IMG/VR virus record: IMGVR_UViG_2784746770_000001
Span: 1 to 64,000 of that record
Length of the DNA: 64,000 nt
From: a virus
Lineage: Duplodnaviria > Caudoviricetes
Strand: one strand, 5' to 3'
Position 1 is the stretch's first letter; every line of letters begins with the position of its first letter. Below the pieces are notes generated by a model. The model did no database searches. It was not told the origin of the DNA and worked only from the letters and a program-made list of their open reading frames with translations. Below are positions 8,806 to 18,800 of the stretch, piece by piece. The position numbers and the translations under genes were made by a program.

Positions 8806-10887
8806 ATGCCCGCCGACCAGTGGCAGCAGCACAACATCACCTTCCCCGACCGGGAGAGAGCGCGAGCGACCATCGCCGAACGCCTCGCGCCCGCACTGCG
8901 CCAGGCGGAAGCCGAACAGCAGCTCAGCCGCTGGTGGTTCATGAACAAACAGCCCTGGCCGCTCCGCTACATGGCCCAGCGTTCTGCCCCCGCCGTAGAG
9001 GCGCTGCTGGACGACCTGGTCGCGGACGGCATCGCGCGCTCCTGGACGAACGGCATCTACGAACCGGAGACGGACGCGTTCGGCGGCGGGGCCGCCATGA
9101 CGGCCGCCCACAACCTCTTCCACGAGGACAGCCGCCACCTCCTCGCCTACCAGCCCGGCCCCGGACGGCTGGGCCGCCCCGAGACCGCCGTACTGCTGGT
9201 GAGCAGCATGATGCGCGCCGCCAACCTCGACTGGTTCGAACAGGGGGACGTGTGGAGCAAGGTCGCCGCGCTGCGCCCCGAAACCGGCGGCCCGGCCACC
9301 GAGCGGTCCGCCGCCCTGCTGCCGGCGATGCAGAAGCTGATGACCACCGAGGCGCGCAGCCTGTCCCGCGCGGGCGGGCCGCTCGACGGCCACGCGGAGT
9401 GGATCGCCGCCTTCGAACGGGCAGGCACGACCCTCGCCTACCTCGCCGCGCAGGGCCAGCTGACCCGCGGCCTGCGCGCCGTCATCGCCCACCACGTGAT
9501 CTTCCACGCCAACCGTTCCGGCCTGCCCTCAGCAGACCAGCACGCCCTGTCCCACATCGCACGAGAGGTAGTCATGGGATCGAGTGACAACACCGCGTCC
9601 ACCACGGCGAACGGCCCCGCCGCCGATAGCGTCAGCGCGGTGAACACCGACACGCTCACCACGTCCGACGCCGACGCGGAACGCCTCCGCAACGCCCTGG
9701 TCGACCAGATCAAGGCCGAGGGCCACGCCCGAACCCCCGCCGTCGAGGACGCCTTGCGCACCGTCCCCAGGCATCGGTTCGTCCCCAACGCGCCACTCAC
9801 CGACGCCTACGCCAACGCGCCGGTGGACATCAAGTACGACACCGACGGCACGTCGATCTCCTGCGCCTCCCAGCCCAGCGTCGTCGCGCTCATGCTGGAC
9901 CAGCTCCAGGCCCAGCCCGGCGAGCGCATCCTCGAACTCGGCGCCGGCACCGGCTACAACGCCGCCGTGATGGGCCACCTCGTCGGCCCCGACGGACACG
10001 TCACGACCATCGACGTCGACGACGACCTGGTCGAAGGCGCCCGCGCGCACCTTGCCGACACCGGCTTCACCAACGTCGAGGCACTCACCCGCGACGGAGC
10101 CCTCGGCCACGCCGAGGGAGCACCGTACGACCGGATCATCGCCACCGTCGGCGCGCACGGCATCCCGCACGCCTGGCTCGAACAACTCGCCCCCGGCGGC
10201 CGGATCGTCACCCCGCAGCGACTCACCGGCAGCGTCTCGCGCTCCATCGTCTACGAGGAGCACGACGGCCGCTGGGTGTCCTCCGGCTCGCAGATGAACA
10301 CCTTCATGCCGCTCCGGCGCGGCATCGCCGACGACGACCGCCGCGTCATCCCCCTCTCCACACAGAGCACCGTGCGCCTCCAGGCCCCCGCCGGGCAGCA
10401 GATCGACGCCGACGCCCTCTCCGGCGTCCTGGAGCAGCCGAGGATCGAGGAGTGGACCGGGATGAAGGTCCGCGCCATGGAGAGCCCGGAGTGGATGGAG
10501 CTCTTCGTCTCCTGCTCCCTGCCCTCCGGCCTGATCCGCATGCTGTTCCCCCAGACCGCCAAGGGCACGGTCCTCACCGACGACCCGTATCCGTCGTGCA
10601 CGGCGGCCGTGGACAAGGGCGCGCTCACCTACCTCACCCGGCGTCTGCTGGACGAGAAGACGCCCGAGGGCGGCAAGCTCTGGGAGTTCGGCGTTATCGG
10701 CCACGGCCCCGGCAGCGAGGAGCTCGTCGCCAAGGTCGCCGACGCCGTCCGCACCTGGGACCGCGAGTACCGCGGCCGCGAGGCCACGTTCGAGATCGTT
10801 CCGCTCGACGCGCCCGCGATCGAGCAGCGGCCCGGAGTGTTCCTCCTCGACACACCGCTGAACCGCGTCCTCGTCACCTGGCAGTAA
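8806..10887 (+). CDS. fxlM: FxLD-system O-methyltransferase (PIMT-like) with N-terminal LanB elimination-like domain
   Basis: N-terminal WWFM.K..W.LR, YEPE..AFGG and HHVIFHANR; C-terminal VPRHRF, SQPSVVALML, ILELGAGTGYNAA, APYDRIIATVG. Confidence 0.92.
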   Translation: MPADQWQQHNITFPDRERARATIAERLAPALRQAEAEQQLSRWWFMNKQPWPLRYMAQRSAPAVEALLDDLVADGIARSWTNGIYEPETDAFGGGAAMTAAHNLFHEDSRHLLAYQPGPGRLGRPETAVLLVSSMMRAANLDWFEQGDVWSKVAALRPETGGPATERSAALLPAMQKLMTTEARSLSRAGGPLDGHAEWIAAFERAGTTLAYLAAQGQLTRGLRAVIAHHVIFHANRSGLPSADQHALSHIAREVVMGSSDNTASTTANGPAADSVSAVNTDTLTTSDADAERLRNALVDQIKAEGHARTPAVEDALRTVPRHRFVPNAPLTDAYANAPVDIKYDTDGTSISCASQPSVVALMLDQLQAQPGERILELGAGTGYNAAVMGHLVGPDGHVTTIDVDDDLVEGARAHLADTGFTNVEALTRDGALGHAEGAPYDRIIATVGAHGIPHAWLEQLAPGGRIVTPQRLTGSVSRSIVYEEHDGRWVSSGSQMNTFMPLRRGIADDDRRVIPLSTQSTVRLQAPAGQQIDADALSGVLEQPRIEEWTGMKVRAMESPEWMELFVSCSLPSGLIRMLFPQTAKGTVLTDDPYPSCTAAVDKGALTYLTRRLLDEKTPEGGKLWEFGVIGHGPGSEELVAKVADAVRTWDREYRGREATFEIVPLDAPAIEQRPGVFLLDTPLNRVLVTWQ

Positions 10888-10958
10888 CCCCTGGCGTGGG
10901 CCCGCCGCCCGGCGGGCCCACGTCGTACCCCCTTGCCGTTCCTCTCCGGGGAGACCTC

Positions 10959-12116
10959 ATGGACCCGCACGACCCCATAGCCCGGCGCTTCCCCCTCATC
11001 TCCCGCTTCCGCCCCGCCTGCCTGCCACTCCCGCAGCGCATCCGTGCCCTGGTCGACCTCTCCGGCACGGCGAAGGACAAGGCGGATCAGGGCCTGGCAT
11101 CCGCGGTCTACAACCAGGCGGCCCTCATCGCCTCCGACCTCGGACTTCCCGACCTCGCACGCGAATGGTGCCACCAGCACGCCGCCGCCTACCTGCACGC
11201 CACCCCCCTTCCCGGCATGACCGCGATCCGGGCCCTCGAACCCGTGGTCAACCTCGCCCGCCTCCAGATCCGCTCCGGCAACACCGACGACGGCCGCCAC
11301 CGCCTTCTTGCCCTCTTCAACGCCGTCAGCAACGCCACCAGCGCCCAGTTCGAGGGCATCCGCATCCCCGCAGACCTCACCGTCAGCGACGACGACCGCA
11401 ACGAGGTACGCGCCTGGCTATGGCGGGTGATCCTGGCGGACGGCACCCGCACCCTGACCACCGCCGGCCGCTGGAACGAGGCCAGGGCCCACATCGAAGA
11501 GCACAACGGCATCGGACTGCGGATGCTGGACGGCCGGCAGGTCGCCGTACTCGCCTCCCTCGGCAGCGACCCCGACCACGCCGTCAGCCTCGTGACCGAG
11601 ACGACCCCCGGCGAACCGTGGGAGAACGCCATCACGTCCTGCCTGACGGTGATGTGCCACCGGGCCCTCCACCACCCCGTCGACGACCTGCTCTCCAGAC
11701 TGGTAGACACGTACATGCACCGCGAGCCCGAGGACGGCACGACCGTCTTCGACACCCGGCTCGGGCTCACCATCCTGGATCTCCTCGATCCGGCCGACGG
11801 GCACGCGGCACATCTCGTTGCCGAGGAGCTGCACCGCCGGGCCACCGCCGCGACCGACGGCTACGCCGCCCGCGAATGCCTGGCCGACTCCCGCTTCACC
11901 AACCTGGTGTCCTCCAGGAAATCGAAGACGGCCCGCGACCTTGTCCACGCCTGCGCGCTGGAGAGCGGTGACCTGCCCGCGCCGTGGGCCGCCCGACTCG
12001 TTCGTGCGCTCCGGCTCAGCAGCGGGGTGATCCGCGAAAGCGTGACTCGTCCCCAGGCTGTCGAGGAACGGCCTGAGAATGAGGTCGGCACTGGCGTTCG
12101 GCCTCAAGCTGGGTGA
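10959..12116 (+). CDS. Hypothetical protein of the type found next to FxLD clusters
   Basis: RFPLI.R.RPAC..L..R, NQAALIASD.G...LAR.WC, LEP.VNLARL, G.RMLDGRQ; GGGGAG RBS. Confidence 0.75.
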   Translation: MDPHDPIARRFPLISRFRPACLPLPQRIRALVDLSGTAKDKADQGLASAVYNQAALIASDLGLPDLAREWCHQHAAAYLHATPLPGMTAIRALEPVVNLARLQIRSGNTDDGRHRLLALFNAVSNATSAQFEGIRIPADLTVSDDDRNEVRAWLWRVILADGTRTLTTAGRWNEARAHIEEHNGIGLRMLDGRQVAVLASLGSDPDHAVSLVTETTPGEPWENAITSCLTVMCHRALHHPVDDLLSRLVDTYMHREPEDGTTVFDTRLGLTILDLLDPADGHAAHLVAEELHRRATAATDGYAARECLADSRFTNLVSSRKSKTARDLVHACALESGDLPAPWAARLVRALRLSSGVIRESVTRPQAVEERPENEVGTGVRPQAG

Positions 12117-12308
12117 CAGGCCGAACTGCTCTGCCGAGTACGACGCGAGCCCGGTGTGCAAGGCATCGGGCCCCGGCGTCCGCTCACCCGGAAGGCGCCC
12201 GTCCCGTGGTGACGACATCGAACTACGAGACGTAGGCCAGTTGGCAGGTGTAACGGAATTTCAGGTCACTCCGTCCATAGAGGCGTCCCGAGCCTGGAGG
12301 ATCTGCAC

Positions 12309-12737
12309 GTGCCAACGCCTGTACTCGACCAACTCGAATTCGACCTCTTCGCTCCTGCGGAGCCGGCCTCCGTCCTGGAGCCCAAAGAGCCGGAAGACCT
12401 CTCCCACTCCTGGGTGGTTGCCGCCGAGATCTTGGTCAAGGAACGCATCGCCAAGATCGCCGACTTTCGCGGCTCGTTCACCACCGACGGCGGCACCCGG
12501 GTCGACGCCCTTGAGGTCTACTGCCGTGCGTGCCGTCGGCCGTACGAGGACGTTGCCGATATCGACTGCGAGGCGCTGATCGACAACCGCCACTTGATCG
12601 GCGGAGACCAGAGCGTGCGCGCGAAGAGGAAGCTGCCCACGCCGCCCCCGCCCAGCGCCACGATCATTCCCGGCGGCCGGATTCAGCGCCGCGGCCTCAA
12701 CGCGTACGTCGCCGGCGTCTCCCGCCCGGCCCGCTGA
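12309..12737 (+). CDS. Phage hypothetical protein with CxxC
   Basis: GGAGG RBS before GTG; YCRACRR..C...H possible zinc ligands. Confidence 0.7.
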   Translation: MPTPVLDQLEFDLFAPAEPASVLEPKEPEDLSHSWVVAAEILVKERIAKIADFRGSFTTDGGTRVDALEVYCRACRRPYEDVADIDCEALIDNRHLIGGDQSVRAKRKLPTPPPPSATIIPGGRIQRRGLNAYVAGVSRPAR

Positions 12738-12750
12738 CCGGCCAGCCCGC

Positions 12751-12778
12751 GACGTAAAGGAGTTTGTCTTCCTACGGT
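12751..12778 (+). promoter_or_regulatory. Late-type promoter motif copy (leaderless for 12786)
   Basis: GACGTAAAGG-N12-TACGGT, 7 nt before GTG; same layout at 13 other sites. Confidence 0.65.
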
Positions 12779-12785
12779 CCACCGC

Positions 12786-13145
12786 GTGAAGACGACGCCG
12801 AACCTCCCACCCCTCCCCCACGCGGCCCGCCGCCACGTGGCCCGCGAGCTCGCCGGGCTCTTCCTCATCGGAACCGGGACGGTCGGCCTGATGTGGGTCA
12901 CCGCCGCGGTCAACCCGCTGATCACCCTCCTCCTGAGCGGCACCGCCATGAGCGCGGGTGCCTTCGGACTCCTCTACAACGGCTCCCTCGCCTCCAATCC
13001 GATCCGCTCCCTCCTCGCCGGATACATCCCGCTCGGCATCGGCCTGACCTTGATCGCCTTCACCGCCTGGACCTTCTCCCCCTGGACCCTCGCCTGCGCC
13101 CTCGTCCTGTGCGGCGGCGTGTGGTTGAGCAGCAAGGGGGCGTGA
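12786..13145 (+). CDS. Small multi-pass membrane protein upstream of portal
   Basis: About four hydrophobic segments; abuts the portal start. Confidence 0.75.
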   Translation: MKTTPNLPPLPHAARRHVARELAGLFLIGTGTVGLMWVTAAVNPLITLLLSGTAMSAGAFGLLYNGSLASNPIRSLLAGYIPLGIGLTLIAFTAWTFSPWTLACALVLCGGVWLSSKGA

Positions 13146-13146
13146 C

Positions 13147-15573
13147 ATGGCGCGCCGCTGGTTCCCCGCTCTCCGATCGCTCATCACCCCCGGCCCGGGC
13201 CCGGCCGAGGCGAAAACCGTCACCTGGACCGGCGGCTACACCTCCACCAGCCATGCCGCCGTCACCTCGTGGGGCACCGAGGCCCGGGCCGACGGCTGGG
13301 ACCTCGACAAGGTCGTCACGGAGGGGTACGAGCGGAGCGTCTGGACGTTCAAGGCCATCGACACGATCGGCAAGCACGCCTCCCGCCTGCCTCTGGAGAT
13401 CGGCCGCGGCCTCACCGAGGACGGCGAGTTCGAGGAGACGTTCCCCGACCACCCGCTCCTGCGCGTCCTCAACGGGCAGGCGAACCCGCTGGAGACTGGC
13501 CCCGTCCTGCGCAAGCGCGCCTCCGGCCAGGTGCTCCTCTCCAAGCGTGGCACGTTCGTAGAGGTCACCCGGTCCAACCGGGGCACCATCACACGGCTCG
13601 ACCTACTGCCCCCGGACCGGGTCATCCCCGTGCCCAGCGAGAAGGGCGACTACCTCAGCCACTACGAATTCACGACCCTCTACGGCGAGGTCCGCGAGCT
13701 CGACCCCGAACGCGTCCGCTGGATCCGCGACCCGCACCCCACCGACCCCTTCTCCGGCATCACCCCGCTGGAAGCCGCCGGCATCTCGGTCGACCTCGAC
13801 CACCTCAGCCGCCTCTACAACGTCGCCTTCATCCGCAACGACGCCCGGCCCGGCGGCGTCCTTGCCGTGGACACCTCCACCCTGTCCGACCGGGACATGA
13901 ACCGGCTCGAAAACCGCTTCCTCCCCGGCGCCGAGTACGCCGGCCACCTGTCCGTCATCGGCTCCGGCCCCGGCGGCATCAACTATGTCGACCTCGCCGC
14001 CCGCCCCCGCGAGATGGCGTACGAGCACGCCGCCCAGAACGCCAAAGTCGAGATCCTGGCCGCCTTCGGCGTACCGGAGTCCGTCACCGGCAACGCCTCG
14101 GGACGCACCTTCGACAACGCCGAACAGGAGGAGTACGGCTTCTGGATCCACACAGCGCTACCCCACCTGGAGCTGATCGCCAACACCTTCGCCAGCGACC
14201 TCGCGGCGGAGGGCCTGGCCATCCGCTACGACACCTCCACCGTCGAAGCCCTCGAACTGCCACGCCGCAAACGCCGCGCCGAAGCCCGAGAGGAGTGGGA
14301 AGCCGGGCTGATCTCCATCGACGAGTACCGCAGGCGCGCAGGCCTCCCCGCCTACAACAACCCGCACAGCAGGGCCCTGTGGATCAGCCCGCAGAAGGCG
14401 CCCGTCCCGCAGCACCCCGCCGACGCCGCCGCCCTCGGGATCGCCAGCCCCGGCCAGCCACAGCCCAACGGCGGCGGCCCGCTCCCCGGCCCGGGCGGCG
14501 AGCTCCCGGCCCTCGACCCCGGCACGGAACCGTCCGGCGCGGCCGCGGCCGCCGTCGCCCAGGCCCGCCAGGACGAAGCCACCCCGGCCGGAGGCGGTGC
14601 AGCCGCGGCCGCCGTCGCCACAGCCCGGGCCCAGGACACCGACCTCGGGCCCGGACCGGCCACAGCCGCAGTCGAGCAGGCCCGGGCCGACGACGAGCGC
14701 GAACCCAGCGCGGCCGCGGCCGCAGTCGACGAAGCCCGCGGCATCCAGACGAAGGCCCTACCCGCCGGCCCCACAACCGGGTACACGGCCACCGACGACG
14801 ACTTCGACCGCGTGCTCCTCGCTGCGGCGGCCGCGCTCGACGCGCTCCTCGCCCGGCAGCAAGGCGTCACCCTCGCCCGGCTCCGCTCGCCCAAGGCCCG
14901 GAAGGGCACCCGGTTCTGGACAGCGGACGGTCCTCACGACACCCGGGGAGGAACCACCCGGCTCGACACCTCACGGATCGTGGACGCCAGCCGCTGGACG
15001 GAAGAGGCGGCCGACACCTTCGTTCCGATCCTCACCCGGGCCGCTGCCGCCGTCGCCCGCGACACCGCTGCCGCCCTCGGCGCCGGGACCGCCCCGACGG
15101 CCGCCCAGCCCGGGATCGCCACAGCCGTCCTCGCCGCGGTCGCCGCCGCCACCGCGACCCTCCAGGACTTCCTCGACGACGTCGCCGCCCTACTCGACCA
15201 GGCCCAGACCACCACCGACGATCTGGACGACCTCGCCGCCCTCGTCCGCGCCACCTTCTCCGAGCGCGCCGCCGAACTCGTGCAGCACATCGCCGAGGCC
15301 GCCGCCACCGCCACCGTCAACGGAGCCGCCGAAGCCACCGCCGCCGCCATCGGCCCCGGCATCGAACGCACCTGGATCACCCGCCGCGACGACCGCGTCC
15401 GCCCCGCCCACGCCGCCCAGGACGGCATCACGCTCCCCGTCACCGAGCCGTACGACGTCGCCGGATACCCCATGCGGTACCCCGGCGACCCCATCGCCCC
15501 CATCGCCCTCACCGCCAACTGCCGCTGCCGACTGCTCTACCGCACCACCGACACCGAGGAGACCTCCGCCTGA
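13147..15573 (+). CDS. Portal protein (HK97-like) fused to a C-terminal MuF/minor head domain
   Basis: FSGITPLEAA, F.RNDARPGG, EILAAFGVP, T..N.EQ, GLISIDEYR portal motifs; C-terminal TWITRRDDRVRPAH...RYPGDP...NCRC MuF motif. Confidence 0.9.
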   Translation: MARRWFPALRSLITPGPGPAEAKTVTWTGGYTSTSHAAVTSWGTEARADGWDLDKVVTEGYERSVWTFKAIDTIGKHASRLPLEIGRGLTEDGEFEETFPDHPLLRVLNGQANPLETGPVLRKRASGQVLLSKRGTFVEVTRSNRGTITRLDLLPPDRVIPVPSEKGDYLSHYEFTTLYGEVRELDPERVRWIRDPHPTDPFSGITPLEAAGISVDLDHLSRLYNVAFIRNDARPGGVLAVDTSTLSDRDMNRLENRFLPGAEYAGHLSVIGSGPGGINYVDLAARPREMAYEHAAQNAKVEILAAFGVPESVTGNASGRTFDNAEQEEYGFWIHTALPHLELIANTFASDLAAEGLAIRYDTSTVEALELPRRKRRAEAREEWEAGLISIDEYRRRAGLPAYNNPHSRALWISPQKAPVPQHPADAAALGIASPGQPQPNGGGPLPGPGGELPALDPGTEPSGAAAAAVAQARQDEATPAGGGAAAAAVATARAQDTDLGPGPATAAVEQARADDEREPSAAAAAVDEARGIQTKALPAGPTTGYTATDDDFDRVLLAAAAALDALLARQQGVTLARLRSPKARKGTRFWTADGPHDTRGGTTRLDTSRIVDASRWTEEAADTFVPILTRAAAAVARDTAAALGAGTAPTAAQPGIATAVLAAVAAATATLQDFLDDVAALLDQAQTTTDDLDDLAALVRATFSERAAELVQHIAEAAATATVNGAAEATAAAIGPGIERTWITRRDDRVRPAHAAQDGITLPVTEPYDVAGYPMRYPGDPIAPIALTANCRCRLLYRTTDTEETSA

Positions 15574-15785
15574 TGTGGCCCGCCATCTGGATCGCCTGGA
15601 CCTGCGCCTTCGCCGTCTTCGAGACCATCGCGCTCGCCAACCGCCGCGACAACGACACCCTGTCCGAGAACATCCGACGCCTTTTCCACACCCGCACATC
15701 CAAGGTTGGCCGCGCCGTCTTCGCCGTCGCCTGGTTCGGCTTCTCGGGGTGGTTCGCCCTGCACATCCTCACCGAGACGATGTAA
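15573..15785 (+). CDS. Small two-TM membrane protein (70 aa)
   Basis: TGATG coupling with portal; MWPAIWIAW...TLSEN...WFALHI. Confidence 0.7.
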   Translation: MWPAIWIAWTCAFAVFETIALANRRDNDTLSENIRRLFHTRTSKVGRAVFAVAWFGFSGWFALHILTETM

Positions 15786-15843
15786 CGCGCCGCCGGATCC
15801 CATGAAAGGAGGTCCTTTCCATCAGCCGGCGGAGGGAGGGCGC

Positions 15844-15871
15844 GACGTTAACCCCCCGCGGTGTGCATGGT
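15844..15871 (+). promoter_or_regulatory. Late-type promoter motif copy (leaderless for the giant gene)
   Basis: GACGTTAACC-N12-CATGGT, 7 nt before ATG 15879. Confidence 0.65.
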
Positions 15872-15878
15872 CCGCCGC

Positions 15879-18800
15879 ATGCAGATCGACAACGCCGCTG
15901 ACCGCCGCCTCGCCAGCATCGAGACCAAGCGTCTCCGCCGCCCCTGGAACCCTGATCTGCACCCGCGTGACTCCAAGGGGCGCTTCATCGAAACGGGCGG
16001 TATCGCTCGTCTCTGGGGCGGTGGCATGGCTCGCGTCCTCCGGGCTCTCGGCGGCCGCAACGTCCTTGTCGAGAACCTGGGCACGCACGAGCGCTCCACG
16101 GTCCACGCCTCCCGCCTGACGATGGTTGCCCGGCCCGACGGCACCGCTCCGACCCGCAGTAAGCGGAAGGTCCGCGACGAGGACGAGCGCCGCGCCAAGG
16201 ACCCCCAGCGCGGCGCTGGCCACCAGGACCAGGACGACGCCGGCGACAACGGCCAGACGCCCGACGACCCCCACGACAAGGACGACCAGGGCGACGACGT
16301 CGGCGAGGACGTCGAAGACGAGGACCAGGGCGAAGGCCCCGAGCCGGAGGATGACGACCCGCTTATCCACCAGGGCCGCGTCATGTCGAACGACAAGGAC
16401 GACAACGGCGAACTCCTCCCCGAGGCTGCCAAGACCAACCGGGCGACTCGCCACTACCCGAACCTGCTGCGCATCGACGGAGGGACCCGACGCTCCGACC
16501 ACGTCGCCGGCCGAGGCGACGCGCTGCGCGCCCGCGGCCCGAAGAGGACGAAGAACGACCCCGACCGCGAGGGGAAGTTCCACGACACCGACCATGCGCG
16601 CAACGCCGTCGAAGAGCTGAACACCGACTACCTCGCCGACCTCGAAGCGGTCTGGCCGCAGGACTGGGACAACCGTGAGGCGGAGGACGCGTACGGCTAC
16701 CTGTCCGACCTGGACGGGAACCTCCACCTCGACGACATGATCGACGGCGAGGTCCCGTACGAGACCGACAAGCCGAAGACCCAGCACTCGCCCGACGACC
16801 TCGACACCGTGCGGGACCTCGCCGAGGACGCCGAGCGACTTGCCGAGCTCGCCGAGGCCGACGGCCGTCCGGAAGTCGCCCGGTACGCGCAGAACCTCGC
16901 GGACGCCCTGAACCTGACTGTCCAGCGCTTCGAGGCACACGGCGGGAACAAGATCCCGAAGCCGAAGAAGAACGGCAAGCCCACCCCGCGTGCGTGGCAG
17001 GACGAGCCGGTCCTGCAGCCCAAGGCGACGGCCCCGCGGCGCGCGGCCGCGGCGAAGCCGGCGCCCGCCGACAACCGCCGCTTCAAGACCCTCGCCGACG
17101 TGCGGCAGCACTGGGCCAGCGGCAAGCTCACCCCCTTCACCGACGACCAGGAGCGCCAGGAACGGCACGCCGAAGCCGTCCGGAAGGTCTACGCCCAGCT
17201 CCAGGGCCCCCAGATGTCCAAGGGCGGCACCTTCGTCGTCGCCAAGGCCACGCTCCAGCGCGGCGACGGCACCCCCGAAGCCCGGTACGTCATCGACCAC
17301 ATCGCGACCGGCGGACAGCTGACCTCCTTCGGCCGGAAGGCCGAGGCGGTCGACTTCGCCAACCGGCTGGAGAACGCCCAGGTCGACGGCAAGCCGTTCG
17401 ACTGGGACAGCCCCGGGCTCAACGACCGCCTCCAGGAGGACGGCGCGAAGAAGGAGTTCGGCCGGCTCCTCGCCGAGACGCAGAAGGCGTACGACGACAA
17501 GGCCCGCAAGAAGCGCGGCGGCATGCGCCAGCAGCCGAACCCCGACAGCTCCGAGGCAGCGGCCGCCCAGCAGATCACCGAACGTACGGGCGCCCCCGAG
17601 GGCACCGTCGCCGTCGGACACGTCGGCCCGGACCAGGGCACCGAGCGTGCGGGCGCGCGCACGAAGCCGAACCCCGAGGACGAGCAGCGCGCCGGCGACG
17701 AGCAGCCGTCCCCGGAGCGCCCCGCCATCCCGGCAGGCGCGCTGACCAACGATGATGACAAGACGAAGCCGAAGGCCGAAGACCGGCCGGGCGACGAGCA
17801 GCAGGAGGAGCAGGGTGAATCCGTACGGCGAGCGGGCGAAGGCGTACTGGGAGACGTACAGGCCGACGGCGCTGGCGGCGATTCCGGAGACGGAGAGGGA
17901 CGCGCTCTTCACCAGGATCGGGGAGACGGTGGAGACGGAGATCGGCGAGACGTACATGGACTTCGTGCCGGATCCGGAGCCGGACGAGGAAGTGGACACG
18001 AGGGAGCGGGCCGGTCAGATCAACATGGCGAAGCTGATGGCGCGCGAGGACGCGATGAACGAGCACGTGTACCTGGAGAAGGAGCCGGGGACGGAGACGA
18101 AGGACATGCCGGCGACGACGCCGCTGCCGAAGATCACCGCGTAGCTTTCGGCTCCTCCCAGCAGGAGGAGACCGCCCCCGCCTTCACGCCGCCGGTGGAC
18201 GGTCGCTCGCTCGTCCCGTCCACCGTCCAGGCCCGCGTCCGCGCGAACATCGCCGCCATCGAGGTCCTTCGGACCCTGGAGGCCGAGAACCGCCCCGCGA
18301 CCCCCGCCGAGCAGGACATCCTGTCGCGCTGGTCCGGCTGGGGCGCCACCCCGCAGGTCTTCGTCGACTCCCCCAAGGAGGAGTTCGCCCCGCTCCAGGC
18401 CCGGCTCAAGGAGCTGCTGAGCGAGGACGAGTACGCGGCGGCGAAGGAGAACACCCTCAACGCCCACTACACCGACCCGACCATCGTCCAGGGCGTTTGG
18501 CAGGCCCTGCGCGACCTCGGCTTCGACGGCGGCGACGTGCTGGAGCCCGGCTCGGGCAGCGGCAACTTCATCGGCTACGCCCCGGACGGCGCCCGGATGA
18601 CGGGCGTCGAGCTGGACCCGATCACCGCGGGCATCTCCAAGGCGCTCTACCCGCACGCCGACATCCGCAACGAGGGCTTCGAGAAGACCCGGGTCCCCGA
18701 CGGCACCTTCGACATGGCCGTCGGCAACGTGCCCTTCGGCGACTACAAGGTCGTGGACCTCCGCCACAACAAGGGCGGGCACAACATCCACAACCACTTC

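Noticed and set aside
9574-10887. Separate methyltransferase gene from an internal GAGG-ATG
   Set aside because: The frame is continuous from 8806 and the two-domain FxlM layout is usual; an internal start cannot be excluded
12229-12256. Possible fifteenth promoter copy (GACGTAGGCC)
   Set aside because: The -10 position reads TAACGG and lacks the final T; too weak to count
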